From Thermofilum pendens Hrk 5 (GTDB lineage: Archaea; Thermoproteota; Thermoprotei; Thermofilales; Thermofilaceae), in the NCBI RefSeq assembly GCF_000015225.1, contig NC_008698.1:90001-122000 (forward strand): 32,000 nucleotides of DNA. Direction: 5' to 3'. A program made the translations under genes and the position numbers. The notes under the pieces were generated by a model. That model had not been told where the DNA came from. It worked only from the letters and a program-made list of their open reading frames with translations, and did not search any database. Numbering within the stretch: position 1 is the stretch's first letter; each line of letters opens with the position of its first letter. This document shows positions 13,136-22,539 of the stretch, one piece after another.

Positions 13136-16100
13136 ATGGTTAAGGTGCGAAGCTTAGAGCAGAGGTTCGAGCCTAAAAAATACGAGGAAGAGGTGCTGAA
13201 GTTCTGGGATAGTGCAAAGGTGTACGACAAGGTAAGAGAGAGCCTCAAGAACTCTAAGAGGAAGTACTACTTCCTCGACGGGCCGCCCTACCCCTCGAGC
13301 AGCATTCCCCACGTAGGCACGCTTTGGAACAAAATCCTCAAGGACGCTATTATAAGGTTCCATAGGGCAAGCGGGTATAGCGTACACGACCAGCCTGGGT
13401 ACGACTGCCACGGGCTTCCCATAGAGGTTCAAATCGAGCGAAAACTCGGGTTCAAGAGCAAGAAGGATATCGAAGAGTTCGGAGTTGAGAAGTTCGTAGA
13501 AGAGTGCAAGAGCTTTGCCTTGCAGAACGTGGAGGGGCTTAGCCGTAGCTTCAAGGACTTCGGAGTATCGATGGACTGGGATAAGCCGTACCTTACCATG
13601 ACGGATGAATACATAGAGAGCGCGTGGTGGCTCGTGAAGAAAGCCGAGGAGAAGGGGTTGCTGGACTACGGGTTGAAGGTTGTGCACTGGTGCCCTAGGT
13701 GCGAGACTACGCTTGCCGACTACGAGGTTACCGAGTACAGGGATCTCGAAGATCCCTCTATCTACGTTAAGTTCCCCCTGAAGGACAACCCGAAGAAACA
13801 CCTCTTGATCTGGACGACTACGCCTTGGACTCTCCCCGCGAACGTAGCTGTGATGGTAAACCCCGACCTCGAGTACTCCTGGGTCGACGTGGGCGGCGAA
13901 GAGGTCCTCGTAGCCACAGAGAGAGTGGAGGCCGTAATGAAGGAGGCCGGCATAGAGAGCTACAGAGTGACAGGGAAGGTTATGGGTAGAGAGCTCGAAG
14001 GGCTACGCTACGTTCACCCTCTGGAAGAAGAGGTGGACGTACAGAGAAAGCTTAAGGACGCTCATAGGGTGGTTCTGTCCAAAGAGTACGTCTCCGCCGC
14101 GGAGGGTACAGGGCTCGTACACATGGCGACGGGGCACGGCGAGGAAGACTACAAGGTCGGCGTGCAGTACGGTTTACCCGTCTTCTCCCTTGTAGACGAC
14201 AAGGGCTTTATGGAGAGGGAGGCCGGGAAATACGCCGGGATCTACCACCGCGATGCTAACAAGCTCATAGTAGATGACCTCAGGAGTAAAGGCTTCCTCT
14301 TTCACGAGGGGAGGATAAAGCACAGGTACCCGGTTTGCTGGAGGTGTAAGACACCCCTCGTCCTCAGGGCTACCCGGCAGTGGTACATAAGGGTTACGCA
14401 ACTGAAGGAGAGATTCCTAGAGGAGGCAGGCAACGTAGACTGGGTTCCCAAGTGGGCTGGGTATTCGAGGTTTAGGAACTGGCTCGAGGGGCTGCGGGAC
14501 TGGATAATAAGTAGGCAGAGGTACTGGGGCACCCCGGCGCCCATATGGGTGTGTGGTAGCTGCGGTCACAGGGTGGTCGTTGGCTCTAAGGACGAACTGG
14601 AGCGTTTCGCCGGGAGGAAGCTCGAACTAAGAGATCTCCATAGACCGTGGGTGGACCAGGTTGTTTTGAAGTGCCCGAAGTGTGGAGGCGAAATGCGCAG
14701 GGTGCCCGACGTACTCGACGTGTGGCTCGACTCGGGGGTCGCGTTCTACGCGTCCCTTGGCTACCCGAAGAACGAGGAGAAGTTCAGAGAGCTCATGCCG
14801 GTAGACCTCATAATAGAGGGGCACGACCAGATCGCCGGGTGGTTCTTCTCCCTCCTGCGATGCGGGCTTATAGCTTTCGATAGGAGCCCCTACCTCCGGG
14901 TCCTAATGCACGGCTTCGCCCTGGACGAGCAGGGAAGGGAGATGCATAAATCGCTCGGGAACTACGTCGAGCCGCGGCAGGTCCTCGAGTACGAGTACGG
15001 GTCTAGGGATGTCTTCAGGTGGTTCGTGCTTAAGAACACTGTGTGGGAGGATCTGAGGTTCTCTTGGAGGGGGCTCGAGGAAACATACTCGGACCTCAAC
15101 ATACTCTGGAACGTGTACTACTTCGCGACCATGTACATGAGCCTGGACGGGTTCGACCCGGCCTTACACCGACTGGAGGACTACCTCGACCGCTTGAAGC
15201 CGGAGGACAGGTGGATACTGTCGAGGCTCGGGAAACTTGCGTCCACCGTTACGTCAAGCTTTAAGGAATTAAACGTCCACAAGGCTGCCCGGGACATCAG
15301 GAACTTCGTCGTGGAAGACTTGAGCCACTGGTACGTTAGGCTCGTTAGGCCCAGGGTGTGGCTCGAAGAAGACGTGGAGGAGAAGAAGCTGGCCTACGTG
15401 ACTCTCTACCACGTACTCCTCAACCTGCTGGTGCTCGCATCACCCATACTGCCGTTCACGACCGAGAAGATATACCGCGACGCTTTCTACGGCGAGGGGC
15501 TCCCGGAGTCTATCCACATGTACTCCTGGCCCTCGGGTCTGGAGAGGTTCATCGACGAAAAGGTAGAGTCCGAGATGAGCGTTGCCAGGGAGATCGTCGA
15601 GGTAGCGCTCTCGCTGAGGATGAGGAAAGGGGTTAAGATAAGGCAACCTCTACCCGCGCTCTACGTGTTGACGGATTCGCCCGACGCTAAGAACGCGGTC
15701 GAAAAGCTGAGGCACATTATCTCCTCGCAGGTAAACGTCAAGGAGGTCAAGGTGCTGGAAAGCTCTAGGGTAAGGGACTACCGGAGGTACAAGCTTACTC
15801 CCGTGTACAGAGCCTTGGGGCCGGTCTTCAAGTCGGAGGCAGGCTTGGTCGCAGAGAAGATTTCATCGATGAGCGACCAGGCCTTCATCGAAGAACTGCT
15901 TCGCAACGGCTCCGCGGAGGTAGAGGTCAACGGGAAGAGGTACAGGGTTACCTCCGAGATGGTACAGGTAAGCGAGGAGTGGCTTGAGGGGTTCTTTGGT
16001 GACTCGTTCAGCCACGGGTTCGTGGTCCTGGATCTGAGGGCTAGCGAGAGGGAGCTTGCGGAGGGCTTTGCGCGGGACCTCCTCAGGAGAATCCAGTACA

Positions 16101-16324
16101 TGAGAAAGGAGCTCTCCCTGCCCGTCAACGCCGAGATAGACGTATCGATATGGGTGCCTGCAGACATGAGAAAGTACGTCGAAGAGTACTCCGGCTTCCT
16201 GAAGAGCGAGGCGAGATGCAGGAACCTTGCACTGGCCGAAAGCGCGGAGGGGGTCGCCGGGGACTACAGGAGAGAGTGGGAGATAGGAGACTTCAAGGTA
16301 GTCATAGGCCTTAGAAGGGTTTAG
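13136..16324 (+). CDS. ileS: Isoleucyl-tRNA synthetase
   Basis: 1062 aa. Class I HIGH-region variant PPYPSSSIPHVGTLWNK, KMSKS variant EMHKSLGN, CP1 editing-domain length, and Cys-pair zinc knuckles (CPRC, CWRC, CGSC, CPKC). AGGGGGTG lies 5 nt upstream of the ATG. Confidence 0.97.
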   Translation: MVKVRSLEQRFEPKKYEEEVLKFWDSAKVYDKVRESLKNSKRKYYFLDGPPYPSSSIPHVGTLWNKILKDAIIRFHRASGYSVHDQPGYDCHGLPIEVQIERKLGFKSKKDIEEFGVEKFVEECKSFALQNVEGLSRSFKDFGVSMDWDKPYLTMTDEYIESAWWLVKKAEEKGLLDYGLKVVHWCPRCETTLADYEVTEYRDLEDPSIYVKFPLKDNPKKHLLIWTTTPWTLPANVAVMVNPDLEYSWVDVGGEEVLVATERVEAVMKEAGIESYRVTGKVMGRELEGLRYVHPLEEEVDVQRKLKDAHRVVLSKEYVSAAEGTGLVHMATGHGEEDYKVGVQYGLPVFSLVDDKGFMEREAGKYAGIYHRDANKLIVDDLRSKGFLFHEGRIKHRYPVCWRCKTPLVLRATRQWYIRVTQLKERFLEEAGNVDWVPKWAGYSRFRNWLEGLRDWIISRQRYWGTPAPIWVCGSCGHRVVVGSKDELERFAGRKLELRDLHRPWVDQVVLKCPKCGGEMRRVPDVLDVWLDSGVAFYASLGYPKNEEKFRELMPVDLIIEGHDQIAGWFFSLLRCGLIAFDRSPYLRVLMHGFALDEQGREMHKSLGNYVEPRQVLEYEYGSRDVFRWFVLKNTVWEDLRFSWRGLEETYSDLNILWNVYYFATMYMSLDGFDPALHRLEDYLDRLKPEDRWILSRLGKLASTVTSSFKELNVHKAARDIRNFVVEDLSHWYVRLVRPRVWLEEDVEEKKLAYVTLYHVLLNLLVLASPILPFTTEKIYRDAFYGEGLPESIHMYSWPSGLERFIDEKVESEMSVAREIVEVALSLRMRKGVKIRQPLPALYVLTDSPDAKNAVEKLRHIISSQVNVKEVKVLESSRVRDYRRYKLTPVYRALGPVFKSEAGLVAEKISSMSDQAFIEELLRNGSAEVEVNGKRYRVTSEMVQVSEEWLEGFFGDSFSHGFVVLDLRASERELAEGFARDLLRRIQYMRKELSLPVNAEIDVSIWVPADMRKYVEEYSGFLKSEARCRNLALAESAEGVAGDYRREWEIGDFKVVIGLRRV

Positions 16325-17033
16325 GGAAGGAAACACCCCTCTCCAGAAGGATTTCTTTCAGCCTTAAACCGTCCCCCAGCATATCGTGGTCATTGTTGAA
16401 AAACACGTAGGCACGCTGAGGGTTGGCCGAGATTATCTTCTCCGCCACCTCGCGTAGCTCCTCGTCCAAGTAGCCGTAGTTGTACCATGCGAGCCTCCCA
16501 TGCATCCTCACGTAGACAACTCCGCGTATGCATACAACCCCGTCCGGAGGTAACCCTTCAAAGAGGGGCGAATCGGGCGTCACGAAGAACACGCCCTTCT
16601 CCTCGAAGAACTCGTAGACCTCCTTTCTGAACCACGACTTATGCCTAGGCTCCACGGCTATCTTCTCAGCTAGGCTAGCGTAGGCCGCTACCCTGCTCGC
16701 AGCCTCAGGAGTGAACGCCATGCTGGGTGGCAACTGGAAGAGGTAGAAGTCTATCCTGTCTTCTATGGGCTCAAACAACTCCCTGAACTTGCTCCAGGTG
16801 GCGTGGGACTTCTCGTTTAGACGCCTTACGTGCGTGATGCTTCTGTGAACCTTTATAGACCACCTAAGGCCTTCGGACTCTTCAGCCCACTTCTCAACGG
16901 TTGTTCTCTTCGGGAAGCTGTAGAAGCTCATGTTGAGTTCTACAGCGTTAAATCCGCTCTGCGACGCATACCACGCGAGCCCGTCGGGGTTCCAGTCGTA
17001 GACCCAGCCAGAGCTACCCACGTAGAGCTCCAT
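16311..17033 (-). CDS. DUF72 (YecE/UPF0759) family protein
   Basis: N-terminal LYVGSSGWVYDWNP...FNAVELNMSFYSFP and C-terminal YVFFNND are the DUF72 hallmarks (GTSGW.Y..W, E.N.tFY, fFNN). Its 3' end overlaps the ileS 3' end by 14 nt. Confidence 0.85.
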   Translation of the reverse strand: MELYVGSSGWVYDWNPDGLAWYASQSGFNAVELNMSFYSFPKRTTVEKWAEESEGLRWSIKVHRSITHVRRLNEKSHATWSKFRELFEPIEDRIDFYLFQLPPSMAFTPEAASRVAAYASLAEKIAVEPRHKSWFRKEVYEFFEEKGVFFVTPDSPLFEGLPPDGVVCIRGVVYVRMHGRLAWYNYGYLDEELREVAEKIISANPQRAYVFFNNDHDMLGDGLRLKEILLERGVSFPKPF

Positions 17034-17083
17034 GGGAGTTCACATAACTAATAAGTACCTAGACCCTCAGATATACTTTGGTG

Positions 17084-18820
17084 TTCATGTCTAGGAGAAA
17101 GTTAGCCCTGGTCGCGCTCGTATCCCTAGCCTTCGTGCTAGCCGCATCTATTCCTTCGTATCCGCAGTCGAATGTATTCTTCTTTGGGAAGGTGGTCGAC
17201 GAGAGCGGGGCGCCGGTAGGGCTTGCGGAGATAACGGTGTACAAGGGGAACTCCATAGTTACATTCACCAGAACCTCGCCTGACGGTAGCTTCAACCTCT
17301 ACGTACCAGTGGGAAGCTACACGTTTCTGGTATACAAGAAGGGCTACGCGCCCATCTACATGACCCTCGAGGTAACCCCTGAGAAAGGGGGGAGCCTCGG
17401 CGTACTGGTTCTGAAGAAAGGAGTAACCGTAGTACCCGATGTAACGTCTGTTTATACTTCTCAGGGAGATACCGTCAGAATACCGGTAAAAGTGTTCAAC
17501 AAGTGTCTCGACCCTGTTCTCGTAAGCTTCTCCATCGAGGTCCCCCAGGGCTGGAGAGCCTACTTCGTGGGACCAAACAACCTAGTAGCCTCCGATTTCT
17601 ACATAGAAGCAGGTAGCAACAGGAGCCTGGTGTTCGTGGTAGAAGTGCCTCTAAACGCCAGCGAAAAGGAGAGCGTGAGAGTTTCCTTTACTTGGTTTAA
17701 CCTCTCGGGACACGTTGACTTCACGTTTACGGTTAGGCAACGCGAGTGGAGGCTCTTAGAGCTACCTACCACATCGGTGAAAAGCTTTCCTGGAGGGCAA
17801 CTGTCGATACCCATAAACGTGTCTACGCCGTTCAGCTACGAGGCTACCGTAACCCTCTCGGTGTTTGCGCCGAGCAACTTCATAGCCTCCTTGGTCGACG
17901 AGAACGGCTTGACTGTGCAGTCTGTAACGGTGAGGCCGGGGGAGAAGCGCAGGCTTCAACTAGTGATATACGTGCCGCCCACGGCGAGGATTTCTACGTA
18001 CAGCTTAAGGGTAGTGGCGAGGTCCGGACCTCTTCAAAGCATCGTGAACCTCGACGTCATAGTAGAAAGCGCCTACGACCTCCTCAAGATAAGCCCAGGC
18101 GCGACGAGCATTAACGTGACCTCGGGTTCAACCGTTACCTTCAGGGTAGCCTTGAAGAACGAAGGCAACATGCCTACAGTCGCGTTGCTAAGGGTTCAGA
18201 CGAGCTCTCCACTGCTCAGGGCGTACACCTCCGTATCGGGCGAGCCCGTGGCCTCACTCTACCTGGTGCCCGGAGAAGAGAAAGCCTTAGCCTTGATAGT
18301 AGAAGTTGACCCCTCCACGCCCTCCGGGATATACCTCGTATCCCTACGCGCGAACGGCACTACGAGTACTGCGGAGCAAAGCTTCCTGGTAAGAGTGACC
18401 GGCACAAGGAAGATCGTAATTTCCAACATAATCTTCCAGGTTACCGGCGCTCCAGGAATGACGACTACGTACAAGCTAGGGCTGGTGAACGCTGGGAACA
18501 CCCCATTGAATAACGTTATGGTTCAAGTGGAGGCTCCGAGCGGCGGATTCGAAGTAACGGTGCATCCCTCCACACTGGCTTTACCGCCTAACTCCACCGC
18601 AAGCGTAGACATATCGATACTTATCCCCTCGAACGCTAGCGAGGGGTTCTACAACCTACCCATACACGTGGTGGCAGGCGACATCAGGCTGGACAGAGTT
18701 CTCGTGCTCGAAGTTAGGGGGGAACAAGGACTAGGCTTCACGTATATTGCAACCGGGCTCTTCCTCTTGAGTTTAACGGTGGTTTCCTACTCTAAGAGGC
18801 AGAGGAGAGCCAGGGGGTAG
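17084..18820 (+). CDS. Membrane-anchored surface protein: signal peptide, carboxypeptidase-regulatory-like domain, four CARDB/NEW3-like beta-sandwich repeats, C-terminal TM anchor (COG1470-like architecture)
   Basis: MSRRKLALVALVSLAFVLAA signal. GKVVDESGAPVGLAEITVY...SPDGSFNLYVPVGSYTFLVYKKGYAP (CarboxypepD_reg pattern). Four roughly 100-aa repeats, each ending in a ...G.Y.L.V.A-like strand. C-terminal FTYIATGLFLLSLTVVSY plus KRQRRARG. ATG 17084 is preferred over the track GTG 17078; TATA-like AACTAATAAG at 17048-17057. Confidence 0.65.
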   Translation, partial: FMSRRKLALVALVSLAFVLAASIPSYPQSNVFFFGKVVDESGAPVGLAEITVYKGNSIVTFTRTSPDGSFNLYVPVGSYTFLVYKKGYAPIYMTLEVTPEKGGSLGVLVLKKGVTVVPDVTSVYTSQGDTVRIPVKVFNKCLDPVLVSFSIEVPQGWRAYFVGPNNLVASDFYIEAGSNRSLVFVVEVPLNASEKESVRVSFTWFNLSGHVDFTFTVRQREWRLLELPTTSVKSFPGGQLSIPINVSTPFSYEATVTLSVFAPSNFIASLVDENGLTVQSVTVRPGEKRRLQLVIYVPPTARISTYSLRVVARSGPLQSIVNLDVIVESAYDLLKISPGATSINVTSGSTVTFRVALKNEGNMPTVALLRVQTSSPLLRAYTSVSGEPVASLYLVPGEEKALALIVEVDPSTPSGIYLVSLRANGTTSTAEQSFLVRVTGTRKIVISNIIFQVTGAPGMTTTYKLGLVNAGNTPLNNVMVQVEAPSGGFEVTVHPSTLALPPNSTASVDISILIPSNASEGFYNLPIHVVAGDIRLDRVLVLEVRGEQGLGFTYIATGLFLLSLTVVSYSKRQRRARG

Positions 18821-18824
18821 CCTG

Positions 18825-20036
18825 GTGGTTGACACATTAAAGCTTGCGCTACTCTTCGTACTGGGACTTCAAACAGCCTTCACCCCGTGCTACTTACCCG
18901 TGGTTCCCGTGTTTCTGGCGGTAATCAGCAGGCAAAAAGCCAAGAGGTGGCTTGCAAGCCTACTCTTCGCCACGGGTGTCGTGCTCAGCTTCGTCGTGTA
19001 CGGCATTCTCATAGGGCTGGGAGGGGGTGTCGTGAGGTACATTTTTGCGCTTCTCCCACAACAACTGATCAGCACAGCCCTAGGACTGATCCTCATATCA
19101 ATCGGAGTCGCCCTCCTCACACCGCTACGTGAAGTATTCTCGTACATACCCTCCGCTACGCCCTCAAGGAAGGTCTCAGGGTACCTCGGCTCCTTCATGT
19201 TCGGCTTCATGTTCAGCCTCGCAGCCGCCCCGTGCGCCGCCGCAGTCATGATAGCCGCCCTCTCCCAGGCCCTGCTAGGCTCCTTTACCGACAGCCTCCA
19301 ACCAGTACTCTACATGGTGGTCTACGGAGCCGGTACCGGGCTACCTTTCCTGGCAATAGGAGCGCTGGGGGGAGCTCTACGGTTCAGAGGGGGCGCCGGC
19401 TTCCTGGTAAGGCGCGCCGAGGAAGCCACAGGGCTGTTGCTGGTAGTCACGGGAAGCGCCTCGATACTCACCATCGAGCATTTTGAGGTGGTAGTCTTCG
19501 AGGTTGCCAAGGAAATGTACCCCGCTGTGCTCTCGTTCCTAGGGCTCGCCGGGGTATACTACTCGTACGTTTCGTTCAGAGCTGGAGCTTACCTAGAGTC
19601 GCCCCACCCGATACTTATCGGAGCAGGGCTCACGCTTCTCTCCGCGTCGCTACTAGCGTCCTGGACCGTGCCGTCCGCCGGCAACATCGCAACCCTTGTA
19701 GGCCTCGTCGGGAGAGCCCTTGTCCTGCTAGGAGCCCTGTCTATAACCCTTAAGGGCGTCCTCGCCGGGCTCATCCCGGTGCCCCCCTACCTTCAGGCCG
19801 CACTAGACGCCCTGCTGGCTGTAGCCTTCCTGGCATCGCCTAGAGGTGACAGGAACATGAGGCTGGCATCCCTTTTCTTCCTCTCGCTGTTCCTCCTGGA
19901 CCTACCGGTAAACCTCCCCTGGGATCTCTCCCCATTCTTCGTAGTCTTCTCGGTACTCAGCGGTTTATCGATTATACTGTCCGGTTTGAGGACGGCGAGA
20001 GTCCTCAGTGTGTTAAGCCTTTACGAGAGGCTCTAG
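18825..20036 (+). CDS. CcdA/DsbD-family thiol-disulfide transporter domain fused to an extra ~185-aa polytopic C-terminal region
   Basis: The two CcdA hallmark Cys-containing helices, AFTPCYLPVVPVFLA and SLAAAPCAAAVMIAAL, fall in the first ~215 aa. The remainder has about 5 more hydrophobic helices and no Cys. The GTG start is 4 nt after the upstream stop. Confidence 0.65.
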   Translation: MVDTLKLALLFVLGLQTAFTPCYLPVVPVFLAVISRQKAKRWLASLLFATGVVLSFVVYGILIGLGGGVVRYIFALLPQQLISTALGLILISIGVALLTPLREVFSYIPSATPSRKVSGYLGSFMFGFMFSLAAAPCAAAVMIAALSQALLGSFTDSLQPVLYMVVYGAGTGLPFLAIGALGGALRFRGGAGFLVRRAEEATGLLLVVTGSASILTIEHFEVVVFEVAKEMYPAVLSFLGLAGVYYSYVSFRAGAYLESPHPILIGAGLTLLSASLLASWTVPSAGNIATLVGLVGRALVLLGALSITLKGVLAGLIPVPPYLQAALDALLAVAFLASPRGDRNMRLASLFFLSLFLLDLPVNLPWDLSPFFVVFSVLSGLSIILSGLRTARVLSVLSLYERL

Positions 20037-20300
20037 CAGGTGCTGAAGAAACGGGCTCTGCTTGTTTAACCTGTAAAGCCTTGGGTTTTCGTCTACGATC
20101 TCCAATACACCCATTGAAACCATCCTCTCCAGCACCCTTGCAACGTGGCTGAGCGCCGTCTCCTTCTCGACCCTGTACTTCGTGAAGGCTTCGTCCGGGT
20201 TTTCCAGGAATAGCGATAAAACCCTAAAGAAGGCTCTGCACTCGGGTGCTAGGCTCTCGAGCTCCCTGAGTAGCTTCGCCAGCCTTATGTACTCAGCCAA
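20013..20300 (-). CDS. Small putative winged-helix DNA-binding protein
   Basis: 95 aa. ...KYRVEKETALSHVARVLERMVSMGVLEIVDENPRLYRLN fits a helix-turn-helix plus wing. The TTG start overlaps the GH57 stop (TTGGCTGA, 20300-20293). There is no in-frame ATG alternative, so the call depends on the TTG. Confidence 0.45.
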   Translation of the reverse strand: MAEYIRLAKLLRELESLAPECRAFFRVLSLFLENPDEAFTKYRVEKETALSHVARVLERMVSMGVLEIVDENPRLYRLNKQSPFLQHLLEPLVKA

Positions 20301-21849
20301 AGATCTCAGCCCTTCTCCGCTCGATTACCTCTAAGATCCTGGAGCGAACCTCCTCCGATCCTCCCGTCCCGACGCGCCTAAGTCTTTCCGCGAGTTCGTG
20401 GTCCCCCACTATGTACTCGACCCAGCTCGCAAAGTCGCCTCTCTCCTGGTGGAACAGGACGCTCTCCAGCGGGACCTCTCTGAGGGCGTTTATAAACGAG
20501 AACATGTTCCAAGCGTACCTGCCCAGCGGCTGCCCCGGCGCCCTGTAGAAAGCGAAGACTTTCTCGCGTGGGACATCCTTCATCCAGGCATACCTTAACC
20601 GCGCGGTCTCGTCGCTCTCAAGCCTCAGTAGGGTCCTGGTCTCGAGGTCCCCGAGAGCCTCCGAGAAGAACATGTAGGCTTCAAAGGGGCTCCCGTAGGG
20701 GCTGAAGTAGGAATGCACGTCCCCGGGTCCTCCACCCTTGGTGGACATGTAGTAGTAGTGATCGCTTATCGACAGCAGTTTCCACAGCCTCTCGAGTCCG
20801 CGGTCCCGGACAGCCTTTATTTGCAACCAAAGGTCCTTCATCCTCGTAAAAGCGTTGTTCTGCATGAAGTTCCCGATCCACGCTGAGAGGTCCCTCTCAA
20901 GATCCGCCCAGGAGATAGTCGACTCCACCGGTACGTCCACCTCGTCCCTGGGGGTTAGCCTCTCGGCAACCTCGCTCGGCGTGGACGTCACGAGGTTCCC
21001 CCACTTTAGAATCTCTCCTGGAAGCCACCTGAGGAACTCGAAGATCCCCGTCTCCGCCGGGAAGTGCTCGCCGAAGGTTTCGTAGTCGATGGCTACCAGG
21101 ATGACCTCGCCCGGGGTCGCGGAGAGCCACGCCGAGTACTTGTCCGCCGTGAGGGGGTACTCGCTCCACCATCGAGCCCCGAAGCGGAAACCTATGTCGT
21201 CGGAGAGGCGGTAGTTCCTCATCAGCACGCGTATGTTGCACCCTTTAGCCTTGTAGAGGTAGTTGGGGCTCCTCCACCCGAGAACCCTCTCAACACCCTC
21301 GGTTAGGATTACCTTGTAGCCCAGCTTGTCGAAGAGGCACGCGAGGTAGTTGTTGTACGTGAACTCGGTGTTCTCCACAGCGGTGGGCTCGACGCCCAAG
21401 TGTTTCCGCAAAGCCTCCCTATGCTCCCTTACCTGCTCCAGAAGCTCCTCCTCAGCGAAGAGAAAGGCCAGGCTGTGGTAGTACGTTTGATCGAGGAACT
21501 CGACCATGCCAGTCTTAGCGAGGGACCTAAAGCTCTCTATAACCTCCGGGTACCATTTCTCCGCCTGTTCCAACAGTACTCCCGATAGGCTGTATGACAC
21601 CTTGAACGGTTTACCCGAGTCCTTGAAGAACTCCACCATATCTCTTATGACGTTGTTCGCCGGTAAGTAGCACCTCTTGGAGACTCTCTCGAATATCCTT
21701 CTGTTAAGCTCGTCGTCGAAGTAAACCCTTTCCAGGTCCTCGGCGGTTATCTTCCCTTTCCTCGCCGTAAGCTCTGAGAGGGTGCCTCGGATGTTCCTGC
21801 TGAGCCTGTAGGGCTGGTGAACCTCGAACATGAATACTACGTGCTTCAA
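20293..21849 (-). CDS. Glycoside hydrolase family 57 protein (AmyC-like alpha-amylase/alpha-glucan enzyme)
   Basis: N-terminal FMFEVHQPYRL (GH57 region I HQP), AIDYETFGEHFP (D-x-E-x-FG region), SISDHYYYMS. 518 aa, like T. maritima AmyC. TTG start at 21849. Confidence 0.85.
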   Translation of the reverse strand: MKHVVFMFEVHQPYRLSRNIRGTLSELTARKGKITAEDLERVYFDDELNRRIFERVSKRCYLPANNVIRDMVEFFKDSGKPFKVSYSLSGVLLEQAEKWYPEVIESFRSLAKTGMVEFLDQTYYHSLAFLFAEEELLEQVREHREALRKHLGVEPTAVENTEFTYNNYLACLFDKLGYKVILTEGVERVLGWRSPNYLYKAKGCNIRVLMRNYRLSDDIGFRFGARWWSEYPLTADKYSAWLSATPGEVILVAIDYETFGEHFPAETGIFEFLRWLPGEILKWGNLVTSTPSEVAERLTPRDEVDVPVESTISWADLERDLSAWIGNFMQNNAFTRMKDLWLQIKAVRDRGLERLWKLLSISDHYYYMSTKGGGPGDVHSYFSPYGSPFEAYMFFSEALGDLETRTLLRLESDETARLRYAWMKDVPREKVFAFYRAPGQPLGRYAWNMFSFINALREVPLESVLFHQERGDFASWVEYIVGDHELAERLRRVGTGGSEEVRSRILEVIERRRAEIFG

Positions 21850-21892
21850 TACATGCGCACCGAGAAAAATAGGTTAAACGGCGTTATAGGCG

Positions 21893-22426
21893 TTACGCGT
21901 GCGACTTAGACTTGAACCTCTCGACAGCCCTCCTGATAGACTCTTCGGCGGCGAACCTACCCTTCCACTCCTTGACTTTGACCCATTTACCTTTCTCGAG
22001 CTCCTTGTAGTGCTCGAAGAAGTGCTTTATCCTGTCCTTCACCGCGTCGTCTATGTCGTCGACGTCCTTGACCCCGGAGAACCTGTTGTCTATCTTCTCG
22101 TGGGGCACTGCGACAACCTTGCTGTCGGGGCCGTTCTCGTCCTCCATTTCCAGCAGGGCTACGGGCCTCGCCCTGACGACGCTACCCGGTACGAATGGGT
22201 CGTGGCTTAGCAGGACTACGTCCACAGGGTCTCCGTCTTCCTCGAGGGTCCCGGGGATAAAGCCGTAGTTGAACGGGAAGACCATGCTCGTAAAGAGAAC
22301 TCTGTCCACGAATACCATCCCCGACTCTTTATCAATCTCGTACTTCACGTTGCTACCCATGGGGATTTCGATGACAACGTAGATGTCTTCCGGAGGGTTC
22401 TTACCTGGGGGGATGTCTATGCCCAA
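21893..22426 (-). CDS. ppa: Inorganic pyrophosphatase (family I)
   Basis: [48 protein letters not shown] start (no ATG available) preceded by GGTGA with 7 nt spacing. Confidence 0.95.
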   Translation of the reverse strand: MGIDIPPGKNPPEDIYVVIEIPMGSNVKYEIDKESGMVFVDRVLFTSMVFPFNYGFIPGTLEEDGDPVDVVLLSHDPFVPGSVVRARPVALLEMEDENGPDSKVVAVPHEKIDNRFSGVKDVDDIDDAVKDRIKHFFEHYKELEKGKWVKVKEWKGRFAAEESIRRAVERFKSKSHA

Positions 22427-22539
22427 TGCGTCTCACCGAGTAAGGGTTATGCCGACACGGTTAAAAAGCGTTACCGCGTGCCGCTGAGAACTCCCAATGA
22501 GCGCGTCGAAAGCTTGTTGGTAATTTTTGTCGCGGAAGT

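Noticed and set aside
13154-13801. Long antisense ORFs inside ileS (215 aa at 13154-13801; 157 aa at 15863-16336; others), inside the GTPase gene (176 aa, 23497-24027) and inside the oppF-like gene (188 aa, 30845-31411).
   Set aside because: They lie fully within strongly supported genes on the opposite strand. They have low-complexity, Arg/Pro/Leu-rich compositions and no recognisable motifs. This is the expected stop-codon-poor antisense frame in GC-rich coding DNA.
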